Assembly (NCBI GenBank): GCA_002189035.1
Contig: NEEC01000018.1
Span: 682,001-746,000 of the forward strand
DNA from: Utricularia gibba
Lineage: Eukaryota > Plantae > Magnoliophyta
DNA length: 64,000 nucleotides
Direction: 5' to 3'
In this document: positions 26,643 to 40,500 of the stretch, in pieces
Layout of the letters: each line of letters starts with the position of its first letter
How positions within the stretch are numbered: the stretch's first letter is position 1
The notes under the pieces: generated by a model
What the model was told of the DNA's origin: nothing
Seen by the model: only the letters and a program-made list of their open reading frames with translations
Database searches by the model: none
Position numbers and translations under genes: made by a program

Positions 26643-29600
26643 ATGGGTAAGGTAATTACTTCCCCGACGACGCCGGCGGAGGTGAACAGGACGCCGAAGG
26701 AGGGTCGTCCTTTCCACAATTCTCTTCCCATGTCCCATTCTCACAAGAGCCCTAATCCGAAATCCTTGAGCCGCCGATCCACGAGGCGGAACCCTAATCA
26801 TTCCGATTCACCCTCGGAATTCGACGACGACGACGATGAGCGAAAGGAGAAGAAGGTGAAGCTCGTTGTGCGCCTGCCTCAGTCGGATGATGATGTGAAA
26901 CTTGACGACAAGAACCGTCACCAGTCAAGCAAGCGGCATTTTCAAGAGTTGTGTTCGGGTTCGGGGTCTGGGTCTGACCGGGACTCTGAAAATCGGAATG
27001 GGTTCCCCAAGAATCGCAAAAGGAATGCCGTTGTCAGCGGATCTGTGGACGACGCTATAGATCGGGTGGGTGATTTTTTATGGGCGATTTGCGGGATTCA
27101 CTTCTGTAGCACGAGGAAGCTTGCTTTAGTTTGGTTTCTTGGCATGTGTTTGTTTAACTGGGTAGGATTTTTGGACCCAATTTTTCTATTTTGGGATGTT
27201 AGGTCGCGCCAATTTCAGGTTTTTAACGACCACAAATTCATGGGGGTTTGAATTTTGCGGGACCTCTAAACTGATTCACTCGTCTGCTTTTACTTTTTTG
27301 TTGTTATTAAGTTCTCTTCTTTTCTCTTCTCTTTGTTTTGGGGCTCTTGAGATCTGCGGTGGGTGCTACGTACATCTTTGACTCGGTCAAGTAATTGCTA
27401 CGAGGTTTTGAGTTGTATCTGGTGACCTTCTGCTACATGGGCTTCAGTTTTTTTCAGTTTTTTTTATTTTCCTACTTTTCTGTTTCTCATAAATACACGT
27501 AACATACGAACTCTCTTTTTCTTTAGATTCCTCACTGTTGTCTTAGGAATGATGCATTCAATGGAGTTTATTCGTAGCTGAAGTTCAGACCTTTTTTACC
27601 GTTACCTCGAGGTCCTTTTAACTGCTGATCATTTGAGTGAATTCTAAATGTTGGAACCTTTCCTTTTTCAGGATAAAGAGGTTGAGACAGCGACAGACAC
27701 TCTGATGCATGGTTACAGCCAAATCCACTCTTGATTTTTGTGATAGGATAATAATTTTCAATTTGTACAGTAACTTGTAAGGTTTTTTTAATTTTATTTT
27801 TGTGAACAGGTTCTTCTTTGGGTCCTGGTCCCGGTACTCCTTTGCCAGACAAGAAGATGTTGTTTTTCATTATTGATAGACTTCAAAAGTATGCTCATTA
27901 TCGCGTACAGTGTTCACTGGTGTTTATTCATCATTGTCGGTTCCTTTGGTTAGTTAATGTAGTTTGTGATGGTTCAGGAAGGATACATATGGGGTTTTCT
28001 CGGAACCTGTGGATCCTGAAGAGGCACGTTTAGGCACTCAAATTTTGTGTTTAGACATAAATACCTAAACTCAAACTTACGTTGAGATGGCGTTTGTTTT
28101 TTGTTTTCACAGCTGCCGGATTACTTTGATGTAATAAAACAGCCCATGGATTTTCGTACTCTGCGGCAGAAGCTTGACGATGGCATCTATAAAAACTTGG
28201 AAGGATTGGAGGTTCACTTTGATTATTTCATATTTGTAGTTGTTATTTCATTGCATGATTTCGAAACTTCATTACGCATCGATCCAACCTGATTTTTTTT
28301 TTCACTGAACTGGAGGATGTACTACCATTAGCTGGTTCAGCCAGTTGTCTGACTCATCGAACCAGCATTATAATTTCACTTGTATTTTAGCCTTATAAAT
28401 AAAGATGACCATGGTGGTTTGTGGGAAAACGTGAACCCGATGGGTTGAAGATGTGGCTGATGTGAACATTATTGCCTTTGTATCCCCAACTGTGTTTGGG
28501 AAGTCAGAACCTAAAACTGCGTACCCTAGTGGTTGTACTTTTAAATTTTTGCTGAGTTCAACTTTTGTGTTTGTCTTTGTTATCTTCACTAGCATCGGTA
28601 CACTGTTGTCATTCCCATTTAAAAAAGTTTTCTGTTGATCGATGCTAACTATCCATTGTTCTGATTTCAGGCAGATGTGTTTTTGATATGCTCAAACGCC
28701 ATGCAGTACAATGCTGCGGACACTGTCTATTATCGACAGGTTAGCTTTGTCTTTTGTCTCTCTTATGGATTTGAATTCCTTATCAGGTGCCATTCTGAAT
28801 GAAATAATGGATTTAATAGGCAAGATCTATTCACGACCTTGCTAAGAGAGACTTTGCAAATCTTAGGCACGAAGGTGAAGATGGTGCTCCACAACCCAAG
28901 GTTGTGCGCAGAGGCCGTCCTCCAAACAGCAAGAACCAAAAGAAGGCTGTTGAGACAGCTTTCGTGGATCGTCTTGCTCCCGAGCTCTCTTTGAGTGCAA
29001 CACTTGATAACGATGGAAAAACAACTGCGCCCCATACACCTTTGGTTGGCATTTCAAAAAATGAGAATATGACAGTTGGATCGAATTACCATAATCTTAG
29101 AAGAGGACCCACGTCATCTAGATTTCGGCCCACAGACATGCTTGGATCATCAAGTCAGCAGAGATACGGAGATTCTGAATGGTCTGCCACTTGGAATACT
29201 GAATTCCCAGGTACTTGTCTATCGTTTGATGCTTCCTTTGTTCTAGCAATTTCTCATGCATTCTGTATATGCAGCATCAATTCTACGGGCTGATATGAAG
29301 TATGGGAGTAAACAGTATGCAATGGATGAGAACAGGCGTGATACATACACAAAGCGTCCTGCTGATGGGTTCCGCGTTGTGTTGGACTCTGTGATTGATG
29401 CAAAGCAACTAGTTCCTGTAAGTGGTTTTTAAGGACTGTTTTCATATTTTGAGTCACATTTTCTTACTCTGGGTGCATGAAACTTGCAGGTGGGTGTTCA
29501 TGAGGTGCTGGGCTATGCCAGAAGCCTGGCTAGGTATGCAGAAATACTCGGCCCAGTCGCATGGAGAGTGGCATCAAAGAAAATTGAAGCCATCTTACCT

Positions 29601-29996
29601 ACTGGGGTGCAATATGGACCTGGCTGGGTGGGGGAAAGCCGGCCGCCATCCTTGCAGGGGCTGTCTCTCTCATCAGACATTCAGAAATCGTCTGATTCTG
29701 TCGCCGGAGACTGCAACTTAACGAGGCCATCAATATCCTCCTCTTTATTGACTGTGCCGGCCGAAGTCACAGGCAAAGCAGCTGAAAAATCGAGCATCTC
29801 ACCATACCTTCACACGCCCTACAGAAATGGCTTCACTAGAAGTTTCATGCAATCTCAGGGGCATGAGATGGCATTGCAGAAGGATCCAGTGCGGCAGGAT
29901 CATTTGTTAGATGAAGGCCATGTGATGATCAAACCGGGAGGGGATGATCATCATGAGAGGAACGAGAAGTTGATTCTTGAGTCGGAGAAATTTTGA
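26643..29996 (+). CDS. Plant bromodomain-containing protein (Arabidopsis BRD1/BRD2/BRD13-like), 9 exons, ~598 aa
   Basis: Exons 26643-27065, 27672-27711, 27810-27888, 27978-28023, 28113-28211, 28671-28739, 28820-29210, 29275-29417, 29490-29996 join in frame. Bromodomain TPLPDKKML.FIIDRLQKKDTYGVFSEPVDPEELPDYFDVIKQPMDF..DVFLICSNAMQYNA. Also VVRRGRPP, DENRRDTY, YARSLARY and GPGWVGE. Confidence 0.93.
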
Positions 29997-31444
29997 CATG
30001 AGGAGTCACCATTGCTGTTGGTGCAGCAATGGCCAGCCACCACCTGCATTAGGATGATTTCCCGGTGGATTTCTAACACAACCCGGGCTTTGCCTTTACA
30101 ACAATGTTAGTGGCGTGAGAGAGTGTAGGCGCTTCTGTGGTGGAGGATTCGGACAGCTGATAAAGAGTACTGCGATCCCCGCTGCGCGGCCATAGGAAGG
30201 TAGGTGTGTAAAGATTGCTTGTCTGGATGTTGATGAGCCTGTCTGTGCACCCTGCGGAAGTAGATGAATGTACACTACACTGATGCATACAAAGCACATT
30301 TCTATGCTACCTGTAAAAGGCACCTGTGCTAGCTATTTTTCCTACTTGAAAAACTGAACGCGAAACTCACCAGGAACCAACTTTCATGAGGAAACATCAT
30401 GTTAGAATATAATAATAGTGGCAATTGGAGTACTTAACTGCGATGCGATAATGTGTAAAAAAAGAAAGAAGAATTTATTCTTAATTTTTCTTTCGTCCCT
30501 AGTTCGCTATTGGATAATAATATGTATATTCTTATATTTTAATTTTTTTAAGTGTGATTTGAGAATATGTGTTCTAGCAGTCGAACTATACTAATGCATA
30601 TTGAGTTACCATCCCAAGGAGTGAAACTAGAAGATACTAAGAATTATTTAAGTTGAAAACATATTTTCAAGATTCTCTTATAAAACACACCAATGAAGTT
30701 TATGGAAGATGTGGAGTATCATAAATTCTTAGTAGTTTACTAGTTCAAACTTCCTGCCACATCACCTCAAACAAAATTTAAGTAAAACTAGATTAAAATA
30801 TTAGATAAAATATATGCATTAAGATAATTATGCTAATATAGAAAAAACTAAAACTTATATTGTAAATCCACAATTTGATAATTTTTATTAGATTTAAATA
30901 TATAAAATGATCTAAAAGATAGTAACAATATTGCACTTAACAAATAATATCACCAATATATTCTAAATCCTTTCCAATAGAAAATATAGGAAATGTCAAA
31001 GATAATCGCAATATTTGCAAATTGCAATTATCTACTTCAAGGTTATTCATATGTGTACTAATAATAATAATTATATATAAAAAAATAATTAACTAACTTA
31101 AAAGTTGAAGATTATATAGTAATACATCAATAAACTATAATAAATATAAAAAAAAAAAATTTCTGAATTTTTAGAATATTAAAAGTTGTTTGATATCTTC
31201 ATAATAGATTATTTGAGAAAAATTCCTATCGAAAACTAATGACTTTAGATGATATAGGAATGATGTCAAAAAATAAAGATGATGTGATTACTAAATCATA
31301 AGTACATTCAATACATATAAAAAAAAATTGTACCAAATATAGTTTATTTATGGAGGTTGTCAACTTGCCGTTGAGGATTTTCCAATAATAAATAAAGTTA
31401 TGATGCATAAAGCCCTATTCTTGAGTTGGACCTTAAGCTAATGG

Positions 31445-31560
31445 GGATTTTGGGCCGCAAAGAGTTCGGACTTCAGGTTCAGAAAGCTCAATAAAATTTT
31501 GGGTCATCCTCATATAAGCTGAAGCCCGGTGTTTTTAGGGTTGGATTGGGCCGGCCCACG
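31445..31560 (+). promoter_or_regulatory. Site II and telo-box-like elements upstream of RRP5
   Basis: TGGGCC at 31451 and 31547, GGCCCA at 31553-31558, and TTAGGGTT at 31535-31542 (one mismatch to the telo-box). This pairing is typical of ribosome-biogenesis gene promoters. Confidence 0.6.
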
Positions 31561-31596
31561 GATTTAGCCTTATATTCTCTTCCCTAATTTCAAGCA

Positions 31597-34500
31597 ATGC
31601 TAAATAGAAGGGAGGCATTGAGCGACCTCAACTTGAACAACGCAATGGCACCGCATTCATCAAGGAAGCGGAAGTTCGAGTCTGAGTTGAAGCAGAATGG
31701 GAAACTGCCGAAGAAATCAGATGACAATGGCGAAACCCATGCTAGTGAATTGTCACTTCATGATGAAGATGAAGATTTTCCCCGAGGTTTTGATTCTTCT
31801 CACACCATCTCATTCTGTTTCTGTTTTAACAATAGTTCAGTTTGGGTTTCCTTCATGGCCCGCTGACATGCTAAGTTCTACCTGAGCATTTTCTTTGTAT
31901 CACCTTGATGTAGGTGGAGGCAATGTAATGAATAAAGAAAAGAGAGCTAAGGCAATGGAAGCAGGGGGATCAGAAATAAACCAAGGGGCATTTAAGAGAG
32001 TGAAGAAAGAGAAGAAGCCAAGAAATAGGAATATGTCTGCGGACAATGATAATGGCTCGCTCTTTAGTGATGGAGTTTTTGGGAAATTTCCAAGATTTGC
32101 CAATAAAATCACCTTAAAGGCATGTTCTGCTTCGTGTTTTTCAATCCTCATTGCAACAGGATTCCGCTTTTTCATTCTGATGAGCTTTGCCCCATATCAT
32201 TGGCAATAGGATTCCGTTTCTATTCTTTACCTCTCATGCTAACTACTTCCCAATGATTAATCGCTAATGTGTATCCTTCATTATTGACATCTCTCGCCCA
32301 TTGTCCCGGAAATGTGGCATTTTTGGTCCTTGCAATTATTATCTTTCCACTATTTATTGTATGGATTTTTGTAAGCAATTTTCGTTTCATTTTCAGAATG
32401 TGTCCCCAGGAATGAAACTTTGGGGTGTCGTTGCAGAGGTTAATGAGAAGGATATGGTAGTTAGTTTGCCAGGAGGCTTACGAGGAATAGTTCGTGCTTC
32501 TGATGCTGTTGATAAGTTCGTAGATGATGCACTTAAAGCAGTACTTATTCTCCTCCCTGATGCATATGGGATCTAGTTGCTTCTCTGTTGTCATAAGAAT
32601 GCATATCACTGTCGATTTTTTTGCTTTATGGCAGGATGCTGGTAATGACTTTCTGTCTAGAATATATAAAGAGGGGCAACTCGTGTCTTGTACTGTGCTG
32701 AAAGTTGATGATAGAAAGGATTCATCAAAACTGAAAATCTGGCTGTCACTGCGTCTATCATTGTTGTATAAAAGCTTACGGTTGGATGCCATTCAGGAAG
32801 GAATGGTAACTTATATTTCACTATATTTCTTTGATGTTATTAAATGAAATAATTTATGGGGCATTATGTTATTGCTCTGGATACCCTATGATCATGTGAA
32901 AGTTCAAAAATTGAAGTTCCAATGTTCTCTTATTCTTAAATCCATGGACTAATGGTATGCCATTGGATGTTGGCATTTTTGAGCTGGTGGAATTGATATG
33001 CTGTTTTTTTTTCTTTACTTGTGAAATTATGTGCTGTCAAGTGCTTGCTTTTTTTTGTTTGGATTTATCATATTTTCTTTGCACTATGAGTTGTCCTTGA
33101 TTTTATCATGGGTGTTGGTAAAGTTCTTAGTCTCATGTTGTGGCATGTGATATCAGGTGCTTAAAGCATACATCAAAAGCATAGAGGACCACGGTTTTAT
33201 TCTTCATTTTGGGTTGCCTTCTTTTACTGGATTCATGCCTATCCACAGTCTTTCAGGTACTTAATAATTATATTTCTTTGATATTTCTTCTGCTGAATTG
33301 AAGCCTCATTCAATTCATTTTTTTGGCTCTACTTTCTTAAGCAAGGATAAGTTTATTTGGATACTCATTCTAGTAGGTGCATCCCTCGTAAGAGGGTTTA
33401 ATTTTCTTCGCTATGTTAATGATTTCTAATTTTATACTCATTCAAGATAGGAGAAACGTTGAATCATGCGTGGGCGAAGTTGTACAAGGAGTTGTTACAA
33501 CTGTTGATAAGGCTCAGATGGTAATCCACTTGAGTTCAGACCCTGGTGTCATTATGAAGTTTGTGGTAAGATTTTTTCAAAAATAATGAGATGTGTTTTC
33601 CTGATATGGCACATTTTAACATTGATTTCATTATCTATTCAGACTAAAGAACTCAGTGGCATCTCGATAGATACACTCAGTCCAGGGATGATGGTCAGTG
33701 CTCGTGTCATTTCTGTGCTTGAGAACGGGATCATGCTTTCTTTCCTTTCATACTTTACAGGGACGGTATGTCTTTCCACCTTTGCATGCAAAAAATAGTC
33801 TCTTGAATTTTAAAGACAAGGGGACTTGTGCTCTTTACATGCAGGTTGACATATTTAATCTGAATAATACGTTCCCCCCTTCAAGTTGGAAGAATGATTA
33901 CCCGAAAAATGTGAAGGTGATTCCTTGCTGATGTTAAAGAAGCTATTACACATTTTTCTGATTAGCCAACTGTAGTAATTTGTTTAGGGTTTTGAAAGAT
34001 GGGGCTTTTTTGAACTCTAAGCATCTGCTGTTCAACAGTGCTCGTTTTGTTGTTCTGTGAACTGGTTAACTTCTTTTCATCTTGACGATTTGGTAATTTG
34101 ATGTTTAAAGAGTTATTCCTGATATTTCTACCTCACTTGTTTATCTGCAGGTCAATGCGCGCATTTTGTTTATTGATCCTTCAACTAGGGCTGTTGGTTT
34201 AACAATGAACCCTTACCTAATTGCTAACAAGGCGCCACAATGTGTAAGTATACCTTCACAAACTGTGTCTATCATATTATTGCAAATGCTGGTCTGCTAT
34301 TTAAGTATATGTTCATGATACTTTGGTAGAAATTTAGCTCATGCATGTGGTTTTCTGCCATCCGTAAAAGATATAAAACTGTCATTCTTCTTATTAGTAT
34401 GCCTTTTTTCCCACGCAGCTTGTTAAAATTGGTGATATATTTGATGAAGCCAAGGTAGTGAGGGTTGACAAGGCCTTTGGCCTTCTTGTGGAACTTCCTA

Positions 34501-37500
34501 CTGTGCCGTGTAAAACCCCTGCTTTTGTTAGCGTAAGGCTTATGCTTTTCCTAGAAAAAAAAAGAAAAAATATTTAGTCCTAAGATAACACCTCGAATTA
34601 TTTTATGGTGTCAAAAATTCAGGTTGCTGATCTTTCTGACAAGAGTGCTGTAAATTGGGATAAGAATTATAAGGAAGGAAGCATGGCTCGCCTTAGGCTG
34701 TTGGGTTACAGGCACTTGGAAGGGCTTGCTATTGGTGCTGCGAAGGTTTACTGATACTTATTTATAGTTATTTTTTTTGACCACACGCGCATGATAGGTT
34801 TAGGAGCATCTTGATGCGTGATTTTACTGCATTCTTCTGTATGATGAACGTATTTTTATATGCGTAAAAGAGAAAAAAAAATAGAGAAGGATAATGATAG
34901 GTGAGTGACTATTCGCTGTTAATTACGATGTGTTTCATTTCAATCATACGTTCCATATTGTCCAGGCTAGTGCTCTTGAAGGATTGGTTTTTACCCACGC
35001 TGATATGAAGCCAGGAATGATTGTGAAGGGTAAAATTGCTGCTGTTCAATCTTATGGCACAATCGTGCAATTTGATAGTGGAGTAAAGGCCCTTTGCCCC
35101 TACGTCATATGTCAGAGCTTGAAAGAATGAAGCCCCCTAAAAAATTCCAGGTTATTTAGTTGAAAAGTTGAAGTGGTCACCAGTTACATTTAAGCCGCAT
35201 ATAGTATCTTCATATCACATTTCAAATCTCACCTACTGAGTGTCTACAGGTTGGGGTTGAATTAGTTTTCCGTGTCTTGGGTTGCAGATCAAAGAGAATC
35301 TCTGTTACACATAAGAGAACTCTTGTAAGTTCAAGGCATCCTTTTGCTGCATCTACTTTGGATGTCACTCTTTTGCTTTTTCAAGTTCATTTGGTTTTGT
35401 ATTCTGTGCATTTCCACTCTGATTATAAACGTAAGATTTGTGAGACTAACAATGTATGCCTGTTCTAAATTGACCTAGATTTTAGATTGCTGTTCTGTAT
35501 TTTTTTTTACCCAAAATATGTTAGGATGGTGCACTGAGTAGAAAGTCATGAATCTATCACTTAATAACTTATGAAGCCCGGGAGGATTACATGTTTTTCC
35601 ATGCTATTCTCTTGTACCTGTAAATCCTATGTGTATTTCGCTCTGCCATTTGAAAATATTAAAAAGTGTTGATTTTTCAATCCCTGAGAGAAAGGGCTTT
35701 CGAGCAGTCTCATATCAACTTATCTTTTAGCTTGTACATGCTCAGATAGGTATGAGCTTGCTTATATCAGCAGACAGCTTAAAAATGTTTTCTAGTTCCC
35801 TTGAATACTGATCAAATGATATATAATATTATGATTATGGAGGAAGTCTTGTGGTTACTGTTGTTATATCATAAAGGTTCTACCTTGTTTTTAATGAAGT
35901 CCTAAAACATGATTTTTTTTGTTTTTTGGGTTGGTTACAGGTGAAATCTAAGCTTCCCATTCTAAGTTCGTATGCTGATGCAACTGATGGACTAGTCACT
36001 CATGGATGGATTACAAAGATTGAGAGCCATGGGTGTTTTGTTCGCTTTTACAATGGGGTTGAAGGATATGCACCAAGGTTCCAATTAAATTTTGTTAACT
36101 GGTGTTTTTTGTCCATGGTATATGTGGAACCGCCTATTTTCGCCTTCTAATGTGTCTTTGCTGATTGCATGTTTAGAAGATTGTCAATGATGGCGTCTTT
36201 TGATATGATGGTTTATTCAGTTCACATAATTTACTCTTTCCAGGTCTGAACTTGGTTTGGAACCAGGTAATGACATAGGTTGCAAGTACCATGTCGAGCA
36301 AGTTGTCAAGTGTCGAGTCATTAAAGGTCTTGCTACTTCTTGCCGGATAGGCCTCACATTTAACGTAGCACAATCAAGGTTGATTTTCATTGAAGAATTT
36401 GCACAATTAATTTTGTTCTTATGTAAAAGCTTTGGTATGATACTGGTTTCTTTGTTTTTAGCGTGTGGATCTATTGTTGAAAGTTGAAATGGCTTGCAGC
36501 TTCTAATTTTTTCTTGTAATTTGATAGGATGCCATTGATTGAGAGTCTGAAGCCAGGTTCTGTAGTTTCTGGAGTATGTGAGTACGTAACATCTCAAGCA
36601 GTTTCAGTAAGTATTGAAGTCCCAAACCAACCAAGGGGCACCATCACTATTGAACATTTGTCTGATCATCATGGTACTTTTTTTTATTGTTGGTATAATC
36701 TGCTTAATTTTATATGTTACATTTATCATTTTCTGTGTTATTATACACTGTTAAATTTGGTAATTGTTAAGATATTTGAACTTTTCCTGTTCATGGTTTT
36801 ATGTTGACTTGTTTCTTGTTCGTGCAACAGGCCTTGCCACAACGTTGGTGTCAGTTATGAAGCCTGGACATCATTTTGATGAACTGCTAGTTCTTGGTAA
36901 TGGGCTACCTGTGCTTAAGGAGATTTTATTTTTTATTTGATCATGTTCGTACCTGTCTAGATTTGTTAAAAATAGTAGGTTTCATGTGCAGTACAATGCA
37001 TAATCTGTTTGAGAAGAACAGATTTCCTGTGCCAAGTTCACCATTTTTTCAAATGCAGATTATCTTTTCTTTTCTATTGTACTGTTGTATTTCATAACCA
37101 TAATTTAGTGAGCAACTATTGGGGCGGGAATTTTAGAATAATACTCCTGTTTTTTTACAAAATCATCTTGCTGTACCCAAGGAATATCCTCAGGAAATGT
37201 CATTCAGTCTCAATTTGATATTCTGATTATTCGTCCTATCAATTTGATGTTGCAGATGTCAAAGGGAGCACAGTTGTTCTCTCAGCGAAGTATTCACTTA
37301 TCAGGTCATCAAAACAACTCCCTTCTGAAATTAGTGATATCAACCTCCAGTCAGTGATGCCGGTTAGAGTTCCATTACATCGTTTTCTGTATTCCATCAG
37401 TAAAATCTTGCAATCTTTTCTGTCCATTCTTGAAACGGGAACATGTAACGTTAGCTTTTATTCTAGCCTCTCATTTTTTGGGTCATGATGCTTTATCAAC

Positions 37501-40500
37501 TAGGGTTACATTTGCAACATAATTGAAGCTGGTTGCTTTGTTCGCTTTCTTGGAAATTTAACCGGGTTTGCTCCTAAAAACAAGGTGAGGACATAAATCG
37601 GCTCCTCTTTATTTTATTTTATTATTTTACATAGCAATGATTGAAGTTTTGATACTCTTTGTAGGCTACCGATGATAGGAGTTCAAGCCTTCTTGAGGTT
37701 TTCTATGTTGGACAGTCTGTTCGCTGCAGTGTTGTTAATGTAAGCATTGAAGTTAGTGGCACAGTTTAGAATACTGGCATTACTCTACTTTAATCATGCC
37801 CGAATCCATAGATGTTTCTTTTATATGAAAAATACAAGAATTGTTGTGAATTCATTCGACATTGAAAAAAAAAAATAGTATTTTTATTCCTTGGGTTGGG
37901 ATTTGTCCGATCTCTGTGGTAATCATTTTCCTTTGCATTATAGGTCAATACTGAAGTGGGAAGAGTAATGCTGTCGCTGAAACAATCATTATGCTGTTCA
38001 ATCGACACTTCTTTTATTCAGGAGTACTTTTTATTAGAAGAGAAGGTAGGACATAAAGCTCCCTTTGAAATTCAGTAAAGGGCATCAAATCTGATTGGTC
38101 TTCTTTCGCTATGTAACATTTTTCACAAACCTCAACAATCCAATCTTGGTGCCTAATTGATAAGTTTTCCTGCTTTGGAAAACCCTCTCGTTTACCTTCC
38201 TTTTCCCCTTCGACCTCATGGGCACATTTTTCTTGTAATTATAAATTAATAATTTTGTGTTGTTTACAGTTAAATCGGTCATTGGTATGTTTGCTGTTTA
38301 GAAATTGGTTGGGTCTTTCGTGATTGTTGATTATGGGATCATTGCTAGATTACAGTAAATGTCCTTTTCTTGGGGAAGGGGATAGTGGTAAGAAGATACG
38401 TGGTTTTGGTGGGGCTCTCACACTTGGCATGTTATGATTCACGGTTTTTAGTCTGTGCTCCTACTATTTTATTTCACACATGCTGCAGTTTGTGATTCTT
38501 TTGTTATTTTATTTTGTATTCTTTCCCCAGATTGCACAGATGCAAGCAATTGACACTAAAAGCTCTGGATTGAGCTGGAGTCAGGATTTTGGTGTTGGCC
38601 ATGTTATTAAAGGAACGGTTCATGAAGTCAAAAATGTTGGGTTGTTGTTAACTTTGAGAAATACAATGATGTCTATGGCTTCATCTCACATAACCAAAGT
38701 CAGTCACTTTTGCTTAAAGCATCAATAGTTCATTATTTTGATTTTATTTTTCTATGTATTCTATTATTTTCCAGTGACTGAAGCCAACCTGGAGGTTAAC
38801 TCTGTTATTGAAGCTGTTGTGCTTGACGTGTCAAAGATTGACCGCATAGTGGACCTGTCGTTAAAGCCAGATTTGCTTAGTGGATGTAAAGAAGAAAGTT
38901 CTCTACGAACTCCCAAGGTTTTCCGCTGTCTTATGAATGGTCATCTTGTGGTTTCCTGGTCCCTGCAACCTTCCTTATCCATCTGTCTCTAGTGGAAATG
39001 CATCATCATTTTTCACAATACTTCCTGCAAATTTCTGCATTAATTTTTGCATGATTTGGATATGGTTTTTATGTTAGGTGTTAAACCTTTATTTTGTTGA
39101 TATCCCTTTTTTATTGAACATTTTCATTTTTGTTTGCTAAACCTACTTGTCTGTGATTCTATTTTTCGTTCTAGAAAAGAAAGAAGGAAGCCTCTAGGGA
39201 TTTGGAAGTAAATCAAATTGTGGACGCAGTTGTTGAGATTGTCAAAGAAAACTATTTGGTATTTCTCGTTTTATCATGATAATGAAATCATATATCACCA
39301 GCATTTCGTTCTTCCCTTTTCTTACACATGCACAAATATTTTCTTAATAGGTCCTTTCTCTACCGAATCATAAACCTTCAATAGGCTATGCATCCAGAGA
39401 TGATTATAATACTCAAAAATTGCCTCCAAAACAATTTTCTTGTGGACAAAGGTAACTGTAATGTTGGTTCCAATCTAACTTCCGTCTATTTATGCATTAT
39501 ATATCCAGGTTTTCTTTTCCCCGTGTGTTTAAGCTGTCGCTGAGGTTTTTTAATATGAAGGGTCAGTGCCACAGTAATGTCTCTTCCGGCACCGTCAACT
39601 GGTGAGAGGTTGCTACTGTTGCTCAGCTATATGGGTGATGATATGGAAAATTCTAGATTGAAGCGGGCTCGGAAAAAAAGTTGCCATGATGTTGGATCTG
39701 TTTTACAAGTGGAGGTAAGGCTATATTCTATGTGGAGTGATGGTTTTTCTGTTATCATTGTACTAAACAGTTATCACTTTTTTTAATCCGTGGCTGTTTA
39801 TTTTTTTGCTTCTTAGATTACTGAAATAAAGCCACTTGAAGCCAGAGTAAAATTTGGATCAAAACAGCGTGGAAGAATTCATATAACTGAGGTATGGATC
39901 TGTTTGCTTTGTGCCGTTTATTTTAATTTTGTATCTTTGCTTACTCTTCATGCACATATGTGGTGTGGCGATCAGTAAGTGTGTGTATCTGCTGTACTGG
40001 CAGACTGCGGCTGAAAATTCTTGCGACAGCCCCTTTGGTGCCTACAAAGTTGGGCAAACAGTTAGAGCAGTAATTGTTTCAGGGGGGAATAAATCACATG
40101 AGGGTAGAGGAGGTTGTCAATGGGAACTATCTATCAAGCCTTCTTTGCTTGAAGGTAAGCATTTTCTTAGTTGGACTTCAATTCTCCAATGCATGGGTTG
40201 TTCGTGGTGTCCAAATGATTGTTGGGTGCAAGAGTTTCAGGATACCGATTTCTTTAATTTTTCCCTACTGTATTTCATTCACAGGATCTCCCTTGAATGG
40301 AAAGCTCCCTGAAGTTCCTGAAGACGCTAGCTATGTTTATGGGCAGCATATTGTTGGTTTCGTGTATAAGGTTGACACTGAGTGGGTTTGGCTGGCAATA
40401 TCCCGTGATATCAGTGCTAAGTTACATATCTTGGATTCTTCATGTGAGCCTGCTGAGCTTGCGGACTTTCAGAATCGGTTTTATGTGGGTCAAAGAGTTG

